This document shows positions 29,563 through 37,450 of a stretch of DNA of 64,000 bases, one piece after another. Origin of the DNA: a virus; IMG/VR virus record IMGVR_UViG_3300020411_004289, positions 32,001-96,000 of that record; one strand, 5' to 3'. Below the pieces are notes generated by a model. It saw only the letters and a program-made list of their open reading frames with translations, was not told the DNA's origin and ran no database searches. The position numbers and the translations under genes are program-made. How positions within the stretch are numbered: the first letter of the stretch is position 1; each line of letters opens with the position of its first letter.

Positions 29563-31349
29563 TGGCGTTATTAGATAGCAGATATATTGGAATGGTAGAC
29601 ATTCCTGAGTCTAGAGAAATAACTGCACGTTTTGTATATAACTTTTTTGAACCTGACGAAAGAACCGATCGTTCCGGAAAACCCAGGTTTCATGGAATAA
29701 AAAATAATCAAACACAAAAACTAATAGACACTAGAATCATGGAGACTCGTTTACCAAGATTCATAGAGATTAACTTTGATCCTGTGGACTGTGGCAGTGC
29801 AAACATAAATGATCTAGGCGATCAGCCGTCAGTATTGACAGACCCGGCTGTAAAAGGAAAAACATGTAATGAGGAAAGCCTTACGACGTCAAGAGATACT
29901 TTGTACAGATATACAGACGGTTCTTTAAGAAAAAGACTGACTGACAAGGCGCGACAGGTTGCAAATATGCTAGGCGCAGAAAGCAGCAATGTTCGAGAGC
30001 AAATAAATGTGATTAAAGAAAAGAACGATGAAATTTCTGCAAACCACTTAGAGTCTATTTTAAGTCCTGAAAATACCCCGGGTGTGGAGTATGTAAATGA
30101 TGTGGGAGATATCTCAGAACCGAAAGTATTTGAGCTAGCCTCGTCCTTAAAATTAGACTCTTTTTTGGATAGGCGACTGCTGAGATCTTCCTTGGCGGGA
30201 AACTTTACACATGAAAGCGTTCTCAAGACACACAATGCAAAAATTGCTGAAAAAGATGCGATTAGTTTTTTACCAAACTGCCCAAATGATTCGGGCAAAG
30301 ATTCGTTTGAACCTACCTTTGAAGTAATAAGAATGAAAAAAGTAGGAAAACCATCTGATCTCATAAAGACAGTTACTGTAGGTTATATCATTGAAAGACA
30401 TGAAGTAGATGCATTTGGTAACTTTATTGATACAAAAAAGTTTCTACTTGACGGTGCTGGTTCTACAAGCTTTATAGATACACAAATAGTATACGGAAGT
30501 TCTTATACATACACAGTTAGGACTGTTGCTTTGATAGAGAGCACTATTGAAAAAAGAACAAAAACGTCATCGGGATATAAAAATGCATACTATGAAGCAT
30601 GGAGCTTAGTTTCGTCTAGGCCGTCTAAAAAAGCATTCGTCAAATCAATTGAACATCGCCCACCTCTAGAGCCCGACGGTGTGTTTTATCGATACAATTA
30701 TGATGACGGTAGAGGCTTGGTTATTAGATGGCAAATTCCAGTAGGGAAACAAAGAGACGTAAAATATTTTCAAATATTTCGGAGAAAAACTATATACGAT
30801 CCATTTCAGTGCATAGCTGAGATTGACTTTGACGACTCTACAATAAAAACCACTAGAAGAGAAATGGTTGATAGTAGCAATATTTTTAAGTTCAAGGCTC
30901 CTACTACCACATGGATCGACCATGAGTTCAATAGAGACAGTTCTTATATCTATGCAGTCGTAGCTTTGGATGCCCATGGTCTAACTTCAGGATATAGCGC
31001 ACAGACACTAGTAACTTTTAACGGACCCAAAAACACGATAGACTTAAAAAATATCTCTAGGCCTGGCGCGCCAAAACAATATCCTAACTTTTATATAGAC
31101 CCAGACTTAGATGATAATATATTTGTCGACAGCCTTACACAGGATGCAATGCTATCCAGTCATAAAAGAAAAATTAAAATTTACTTCGATCCAGACACAG
31201 TAGAATATACTAGTAGCAATGGAAATACCGGAAAAATAGTTAAGACAAAAAATAACGACAAAGGACTATATAAGATACACTTACTAAACATCGACAGACA
31301 AAAGTCGTCCGTCGTTGAACTAGAGATAGAGAATCTAGGCTCTGCTTAA
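29562..31349 (+). CDS. Fibronectin type III-like domain protein
   Basis: GYIIER...FIDTQIVYGSSYTYTVRTV and IRWQIP...YFQIFRR...WIDHEF...YIYAVVALDAHGLTSGYS are FN3-type strands. Confidence 0.7.
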   Translation: MALLDSRYIGMVDIPESREITARFVYNFFEPDERTDRSGKPRFHGIKNNQTQKLIDTRIMETRLPRFIEINFDPVDCGSANINDLGDQPSVLTDPAVKGKTCNEESLTTSRDTLYRYTDGSLRKRLTDKARQVANMLGAESSNVREQINVIKEKNDEISANHLESILSPENTPGVEYVNDVGDISEPKVFELASSLKLDSFLDRRLLRSSLAGNFTHESVLKTHNAKIAEKDAISFLPNCPNDSGKDSFEPTFEVIRMKKVGKPSDLIKTVTVGYIIERHEVDAFGNFIDTKKFLLDGAGSTSFIDTQIVYGSSYTYTVRTVALIESTIEKRTKTSSGYKNAYYEAWSLVSSRPSKKAFVKSIEHRPPLEPDGVFYRYNYDDGRGLVIRWQIPVGKQRDVKYFQIFRRKTIYDPFQCIAEIDFDDSTIKTTRREMVDSSNIFKFKAPTTTWIDHEFNRDSSYIYAVVALDAHGLTSGYSAQTLVTFNGPKNTIDLKNISRPGAPKQYPNFYIDPDLDDNIFVDSLTQDAMLSSHKRKIKIYFDPDTVEYTSSNGNTGKIVKTKNNDKGLYKIHLLNIDRQKSSVVELEIENLGSA

Positions 31350-31379
31350 AATGCAATTTACGGCGAGCGATGTAAGCGT

Positions 31380-31386
31380 ATATTTA
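31380..31386 (+). promoter_or_regulatory. Putative late promoter ATATTTA
   Basis: Motif upstream of the GAGG RBS and ATG 31403. Confidence 0.6.
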
Positions 31387-31402
31387 ACAGCAGAGGTGAG
31401 CT

Positions 31403-32116
31403 ATGGGATTTTTAGACCATTCAACAAATAATATAATAATCGACGCAGTCCTGACAGATACAGGGCGAAAAATGTTAGCTGATAACAGAGGAAGATTTAA
31501 AATCGCATTCTTTTCTCTTTCAGACGATGAAGTAGACTATCAAATCATTGAAAAGTTTGGTAGAGCTGTGGGTAAAGAAAAGATATCTAAAAACACACCT
31601 ATCTTTGAAGCACAGACAAAAGCTAGTTTGGCATTGAAACACAGACTTCTTACTCTACCAGACCCAACTGTAATTAGGCTTCCTAGTTTGTCACTGTCAT
31701 CGACTAACCTTTCTAGTAATTTGTTGACGTTTAATACGTCAACATCATCCACAAATACTGTAAGTGTAGAACAGGTAATTGAAGGCGAGACTATGATACC
31801 TGACGGTGTTTCAGATACGACATTTACAATTTTGGTACCAGATAGATTTCTATCTGTGCAAGGAAGATCAGAAATATCAGTTGAATCAACTACAAGAATT
31901 GCATCTTATAGCATTACAAGATCTGATACTAATAGTAAAAACGGCGCAAAGGCAGATTTTACATTGATAATTCAGCCAGGCCTGGACGATACGATGTTCA
32001 ATATTTACGGTGATTCCGACAATAAAAACAATATTTCAAGTGTAGTATCGATTGTTGGTGATCAGTCGGGAATTAGAAAAGACTTTGCAATTGCGATAAG
32101 TCGCCCGGCAGCATAA
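31403..32116 (+). CDS. Baseplate/tail-collar-like structural protein
   Basis: DAVLTDTGRKMLA...FKIAFFSLSDDEVDY resembles the N-terminal half of the P2 gpH-type tail-collar domain. Confidence 0.6.
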   Translation: MGFLDHSTNNIIIDAVLTDTGRKMLADNRGRFKIAFFSLSDDEVDYQIIEKFGRAVGKEKISKNTPIFEAQTKASLALKHRLLTLPDPTVIRLPSLSLSSTNLSSNLLTFNTSTSSTNTVSVEQVIEGETMIPDGVSDTTFTILVPDRFLSVQGRSEISVESTTRIASYSITRSDTNSKNGAKADFTLIIQPGLDDTMFNIYGDSDNKNNISSVVSIVGDQSGIRKDFAIAISRPAA

Positions 32117-32130
32117 TAAAAGAGGAATAA

Positions 32131-33414
32131 ATGGCACAGTTAACAGGTGGAAGTTTTAAAAGAATTAGTCCAGAAGATATTAAGGTTCGCAGATCGACCC
32201 TTAATCAGTTAGTTGACGTAATTCAAGAAGATGTTTCCGGATCAGCAACTAGAAGAAAATATCAAGTTTTTGTAACAGGTGGCGTCGGCCCTGGGATTAC
32301 GTCTTCGTTGTTCCAGACAGTTTATGACCAAGACTTTAGCTTACAGACAGCTAATGCAATGTGTGATATGACTGTAGGTCTGTATTCCAGCGGATCAACA
32401 GTAACTAATGCCAGTACAGGTGAAGATTCTGCTGGTAAGCTTTTGTTTCCGTCACAGTCTCTAATGATGAGAGAAAAAGTTGATGTTTACAAGCAGTATG
32501 CTGCAAATCTTTTAGGTGATGCTGACGCTGCTTTCTTTTCACCTTTTGGAAGTACAAGAACTAGCTCAACAGATCGTCACTCTAACGACAGGATCGAAGA
32601 GGCTCTTTTTATCTCTTATAAACGTCTTTTTGCGAGAGACAAAATAAAAAGAGAAACTTTTGCTACAAGATTTTATAGAAGCGGCGCGCTGGATGGATCC
32701 GATGGTTCATCATATCCAAACAGCATGACAGGATCAAACATTGCTGTGACTTCAACATCCGGAAGTGCAATCTTTAGTGATATAGGTGCAGCTTCTAATA
32801 TTAGAAGAACATTCGGTGGTGAGGTAGGTAATATTGTAAATGCAGCCAATACAGCTGAAAATGTAGGGCTTATTTTCTATGATCAAGGAACAGTTGTTTT
32901 GGACTTGGGCAAAGCCACCTTCGCCGACCAGCATATGAGCGGCGCGATCCAAGCAATGGCTAGAGCAACTACTATTGATGGAGCAGTAATTCCGTCAGGA
33001 TTAACAGTTCTAGGGTCTTCAGGTGGAAATCCACATGCTAAATTTGTTCCTGACTTTATGGTATCCGGATCAATTGATCAAATCGTTGATCATGTTGCCA
33101 GCACCCGATTTCAATCGGGCTCTCTGACTTCAGCAACATTTCAAAATGTTACAAATATTAATTCGACCCTGATATTTTGTAGAGCTACAGCAGATGAGTT
33201 TAACTACTCTACAAACCCAACATTCACAGATTCAGCTGGTCGAATTCGTGTGGTAGACCAAGGACAAGAAGACACACAGCGGACATTTGCTTTTCCTACA
33301 ACTGTAGGGCTTCATGATGAGTTCGGTAATCTGCTAGCTGTCGCAAAAATGTCACGTCCAATTGAAAAGAACGACGAAAAGGATATCACATTTAGGATTC
33401 GACTGGACTTCTAA
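32131..33414 (+). CDS. Baseplate/tail-collar-like structural protein
   Basis: VGLIFYDQG, FCRATADEFNYSTNPTF, and C-terminal TTVGLHDEFGNLLAVAKMSRPIEK...IRLDF. Confidence 0.65.
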   Translation: MAQLTGGSFKRISPEDIKVRRSTLNQLVDVIQEDVSGSATRRKYQVFVTGGVGPGITSSLFQTVYDQDFSLQTANAMCDMTVGLYSSGSTVTNASTGEDSAGKLLFPSQSLMMREKVDVYKQYAANLLGDADAAFFSPFGSTRTSSTDRHSNDRIEEALFISYKRLFARDKIKRETFATRFYRSGALDGSDGSSYPNSMTGSNIAVTSTSGSAIFSDIGAASNIRRTFGGEVGNIVNAANTAENVGLIFYDQGTVVLDLGKATFADQHMSGAIQAMARATTIDGAVIPSGLTVLGSSGGNPHAKFVPDFMVSGSIDQIVDHVASTRFQSGSLTSATFQNVTNINSTLIFCRATADEFNYSTNPTFTDSAGRIRVVDQGQEDTQRTFAFPTTVGLHDEFGNLLAVAKMSRPIEKNDEKDITFRIRLDF

Positions 33415-33426
33415 AGAGGCCCAGGT

Positions 33427-35898
33427 ATGTCCATATTCAGGCTCAATAAAGAAAATTTTGAGAATTTTGAGCTAATAGCCAATCCGCGAAGACAATTTAT
33501 TTCTTCGTCCGCAGAAGGTATTACAGGATCCGTTGCTCTTTTTGCAGATGCATCAACTTCTTTAAAAGAGTTAGCGTCAACATTTGGAGATGCATCAGGT
33601 AGTGTCAAGGACAATTCTCTAGACCTACACAGAGAAAGCCTTTCCGACACAATAGCTAATGCAATCACAAACGGAAATTCAATTAATGCATATGAATCTG
33701 CTAATGAGTACCTAAACCTGGTTAATAATCAAAAATCTTCGCCTATGATGAATAAGCGTCAGGAGGTTTTAAGATATACACCAGGAGTAAGATTTGAGAA
33801 AAACTATCTTACAAAAAAGACAATACAGAATTCTGTTTTTCCTTTCTATAGAAATGAAGTGCCGACTGCACAGTGGTCTTATACAAACTATCATAGTTTA
33901 AACTTTGTAACAGGCGGGCTTCCAGGGTATGATTTGCCGCGACAGTCCGTGTTAATATATCCAGCGGGGACAGGATCAGTAACCTCAGAAAACTGGAATC
34001 CTTTAGCACCAAAAAACAGATTTACATTTGACTTCTGGATTAATCCACGCTATACAACAGATCGGCCTGGAGACGAGTTTCACGCCGGGACAGTCTTGCA
34101 TATGTCTTCGTGCTATGCTGTGAGCCTGGTATCAGGAAGCAGAGTAGGCATAGATGGTCGTCCGTCAGGCTATCGAATGATGTTGCAGCTAAGTCATAGT
34201 GCAGACGTTAGCCCATCTAGTGTTAATCTAGATATTGCAAACAACTCAAGGTCACACCCAAAAGATTTAATTTTTCTATCTAGCGACAACGCGCTGACTA
34301 GAAATACATGGCATCATGTAGCTATTAGGTGGGACCCGTCAATTAATAACGGGTATGGTACGTTTCACATAGACGGAAAAGACCAAGGCGCTTTTATTAT
34401 AAACTCATCTTCAGTAATGCAAGTTACTTCTGCAAACACAAACCTGCTAGATCCCGACGCCTTGTTTGTAGGCAACTATTATTCCGGAGACAATAATGGC
34501 GGCAATGCCATTGCGAAATTTTTTAATGTAAATGCGCATAGACAAGAAGGCGTGGCGCTTTTTAGTCATCATCTTGAGTCAGACCCGTTAGTATTTAATT
34601 TTTCAAATCCACTAAACGCTGAAGTCCATGACTTGAAAATATTTGATCGCTACAGAAACGATCAAAAGACAATCACAGGGTCGATGGTAGGTGTAGGCTT
34701 AGACGAGCCAGGCCTATTATTTTACGTACCGCCATTTTTTACCAAAGACTCTAGAACCCGGTTGGTTCTACAGACACCATTTTTTGATGCTGCCGGCTCT
34801 ACAGAAGATCCTTTTAATGTAGCAATGTCATTCGGACTAGGTGCCTTAGATATAAATTTAGAAAACTTTACAAAAGACTTTGTAACAAACCAGTTTCCAA
34901 GACTTTTAAACTTGACAGCTTCAAGAATTGACACGCAGATAAATGTACCGAAAACAGCGAATTATTTGCTTTATGAGTCTGGATCGTCTAGAAAAAGAAA
35001 CTTGACTATTTTGCCGTGTGATAATGGCAAGTTTTTTCCTAACTTTAATATGCTCAAGGCAAAACCAGTACATGGCATCACAGACATTCAAAGTGGCACT
35101 TACGATTCTGCATATTATTCTGGCTCATTTAACGATAGGTTTGTTGATGATTTTGGAAACAAGAATTATTCTTTTATAAGCCTAAGAAACCTGGTAGATA
35201 CAGGATCAGCCGGGAGCTACAATGTAATGCCAGGTAGAATTCCTGACACACAAGAATCCTCAGGGTCTCTTTTGGCTCCTTTACTTGGGCCCTCTCCTGA
35301 AGATCCAGGAGTGTCGCCTGGAAATATCTTGACAGTTTTACAGAGATTTCAAGATTCTTCGTCTAACGAAGTTGTATTTTTTGATATATCAAATATGTTT
35401 TATGGAGATGAAATTAAGCGAGGTACGTTTGTCCTAGAAGATTTAAACGTATCTGGTTCTGGTGGAAGAATGAGCTTTAAGCTTAAGGATAACGGATACG
35501 GAAATCTCTATAGAGCAGACTGTTCGGGATCACATGCCAGCTGGGCTAGTGTTGGAAATGTTTTCTATGAAGAGGGTTTAGCTGTAATTAAAACTCCGCA
35601 TATGCCACACTTTGGTAGAGACTCTTTTAAGGTGTCCTTTGAGGGTACTAGAAGTGTCTATGTCTTAGAAGTATTAGTGCCAGCTAACCAGTCTTTACAT
35701 AACTCTTCTAGTAATCCTGCATACAAAGCCTTAGCCCCAACAGATTATCCTAACGAGTTGGCAAATGATTTCTCTTATATCACCGGGATCACGTTGCATG
35801 ACAACAACATGAATGTAATTGGAAGAGCGAACTTGGCACAACCGGTTGTTAAAAGAGAAGCTGATAAATTTGTATTCAAGCTAAGAATGGATTACTAA
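33427..35898 (+). CDS. Baseplate structural protein with LamG domain and tail-collar-like C-terminus
   Basis: FTFDFWINPR...NTWHHVAIRWD LamG motif. The C-terminus VGNVFYEEG...NSSSNP...YITGITLHD...ANLAQPVVK...LRMDY is paralogous to the 32131 ORF. Confidence 0.7.
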   Translation: MSIFRLNKENFENFELIANPRRQFISSSAEGITGSVALFADASTSLKELASTFGDASGSVKDNSLDLHRESLSDTIANAITNGNSINAYESANEYLNLVNNQKSSPMMNKRQEVLRYTPGVRFEKNYLTKKTIQNSVFPFYRNEVPTAQWSYTNYHSLNFVTGGLPGYDLPRQSVLIYPAGTGSVTSENWNPLAPKNRFTFDFWINPRYTTDRPGDEFHAGTVLHMSSCYAVSLVSGSRVGIDGRPSGYRMMLQLSHSADVSPSSVNLDIANNSRSHPKDLIFLSSDNALTRNTWHHVAIRWDPSINNGYGTFHIDGKDQGAFIINSSSVMQVTSANTNLLDPDALFVGNYYSGDNNGGNAIAKFFNVNAHRQEGVALFSHHLESDPLVFNFSNPLNAEVHDLKIFDRYRNDQKTITGSMVGVGLDEPGLLFYVPPFFTKDSRTRLVLQTPFFDAAGSTEDPFNVAMSFGLGALDINLENFTKDFVTNQFPRLLNLTASRIDTQINVPKTANYLLYESGSSRKRNLTILPCDNGKFFPNFNMLKAKPVHGITDIQSGTYDSAYYSGSFNDRFVDDFGNKNYSFISLRNLVDTGSAGSYNVMPGRIPDTQESSGSLLAPLLGPSPEDPGVSPGNILTVLQRFQDSSSNEVVFFDISNMFYGDEIKRGTFVLEDLNVSGSGGRMSFKLKDNGYGNLYRADCSGSHASWASVGNVFYEEGLAVIKTPHMPHFGRDSFKVSFEGTRSVYVLEVLVPANQSLHNSSSNPAYKALAPTDYPNELANDFSYITGITLHDNNMNVIGRANLAQPVVKREADKFVFKLRMDY

Positions 35899-36449
35899 TG
35901 TTAGTTTTAGGTCTAGACATATCAACATCAATCACAGGATACTGTCTAATAAACACAGAGGTACCTCAGAGACATCGTTTAGTCAAAGCTGATGGAATAA
36001 TCATATCACATATAAAAGACACATACACTAAATCTCTGGCCATTAGAAATGAATTTAATAATATAGCTAATGAGTTCAAGCCAGACAAAATAGTAATAGA
36101 AGAAAACTTACAAGCATTTCGTAGAGGCCTATCTTCAGCAAAAACACTGTCAACTTTAGCAAGATTTAACGGTATTGTTTCTTTTTTGGCTCAGGATATA
36201 TTTCAAATTCCAGTAGAGATGGTTAATGTCAATAGCGCCAGGGCCAAAGTAGGTCTTAAAATAGATAGAAAAAGTGAAGAGCCTATCAAAGAACAGATTT
36301 TAGAGTGGGTCAAAAGTCAAGAAGAATTTTCGCAATTTGTGTGGCCTACTAAGACTTTAAAGTCCGGCCCAAGAAAAGGCTTGACAATACCTGCACCACA
36401 ATGTTTTGACATAGCAGATGCTGCAGTAGTTTGCCTTTCAGGAATGTAA
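35898..36449 (+). CDS. ruvC: RuvC-like Holliday junction resolvase
   Basis: VLGLDISTSITG, IVIEE and DIADA carry the RuvC/RNase H catalytic acids. Confidence 0.82.
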   Translation: MLVLGLDISTSITGYCLINTEVPQRHRLVKADGIIISHIKDTYTKSLAIRNEFNNIANEFKPDKIVIEENLQAFRRGLSSAKTLSTLARFNGIVSFLAQDIFQIPVEMVNVNSARAKVGLKIDRKSEEPIKEQILEWVKSQEEFSQFVWPTKTLKSGPRKGLTIPAPQCFDIADAAVVCLSGM

Positions 36450-36456
36450 ACGTAGC

Positions 36457-36485
36457 TTGAACATTAGGCAGTAAATTTCTACACT
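36457..36485 (+). promoter_or_regulatory. Putative sigma70-type promoter TTGAAC-N17-TACACT, leaderless
   Basis: -35 at 36457-36462 and -10 at 36480-36485. The ATG at 36492 is 6 nt after the -10 and there is no Shine-Dalgarno. Confidence 0.55.
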
Positions 36486-36491
36486 TGTTTT

Positions 36492-37445
36492 ATGAGTGTA
36501 CACAGGAACATCAAAGATATTCTTACACGTGCGTTTGGGCAAGGATCAATGTCTAGAGACGGCATCAACTATGCTGTGTGTTGTCCTGCATGTGACTCTA
36601 ATAAACGAAATAAGCGAAAATTAGAAGTAAGATTAGACGATGCCAGATATCACTGTTGGGTCTGTGGAATTAAAGGGTCAGATGTACGCTATCTTATAAG
36701 AAAATATAGACCTGACTTAGCTGATAAAGTATCAACACTTAAAACATCCAAGACTTTAGAAGACCCTACTTCGGAAGAAATTAAAATTTCTCTACCGAAA
36801 AGAGCATCGCTATTAGGGTGTTCCAATTCTAAAGACCCAGATATAATTGCAACTAAAAAATATCTTCTCCGACGCGGCGTTTCTCTTGTAGATATGATGA
36901 GGTGGCGGATCTTAGCTAGTCCTACCGGTGACTTTAGAAGAAAAGCAATTATACCTTCTTTTGATTCATCTGGAAATCTAAATTATTATGTAGCAAGATC
37001 TATAGATGATTTAGGTGGCTTTAGATACAAAAATGCGAAAGTACCTAAAGAAAATGTTATCTTTAACGAAATTGATATTGATTGGAAACGACCACTAATA
37101 CTAGTAGAGGGTGTTTTTGATGCCATCAAGTGTCCAGAAAATACTATACCAATATTAGGATCAAGCATTTCTACAAGGTCTCTGATTTACAGAGAAATTG
37201 CTAAAAATCAGACAAAGTGCATTGTAGCACTAGATCCTGACTTAAAAACAAAGGCTTATAAGTTGGCAAAAATGATTAAAAAAATAGGGTGTGAAGTAGA
37301 TATCGCTTTCGCCCCTGAAGGGAAAGATATGGGCGACTTAAGCAAACTTCAAGCAAGGCAAGTAATAGACTCAGCCGCTCCGTATACAGACATTATGCAT
37401 TTATCTTACAAGATAAATGAGATTCAAAGCGGATCTATTATATAG
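36492..37445 (+). CDS. DNA primase (Zn-finger + TOPRIM; gp61/DnaG-like)
   Basis: CPAC...HCWVC zinc ribbon, IIPSFD..GNLNYYVAR, and TOPRIM motifs LVEGVFDA and LDPD...KDMGD. Confidence 0.85.
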   Translation: MSVHRNIKDILTRAFGQGSMSRDGINYAVCCPACDSNKRNKRKLEVRLDDARYHCWVCGIKGSDVRYLIRKYRPDLADKVSTLKTSKTLEDPTSEEIKISLPKRASLLGCSNSKDPDIIATKKYLLRRGVSLVDMMRWRILASPTGDFRRKAIIPSFDSSGNLNYYVARSIDDLGGFRYKNAKVPKENVIFNEIDIDWKRPLILVEGVFDAIKCPENTIPILGSSISTRSLIYREIAKNQTKCIVALDPDLKTKAYKLAKMIKKIGCEVDIAFAPEGKDMGDLSKLQARQVIDSAAPYTDIMHLSYKINEIQSGSII

Positions 37446-37450
37446 GGAAA

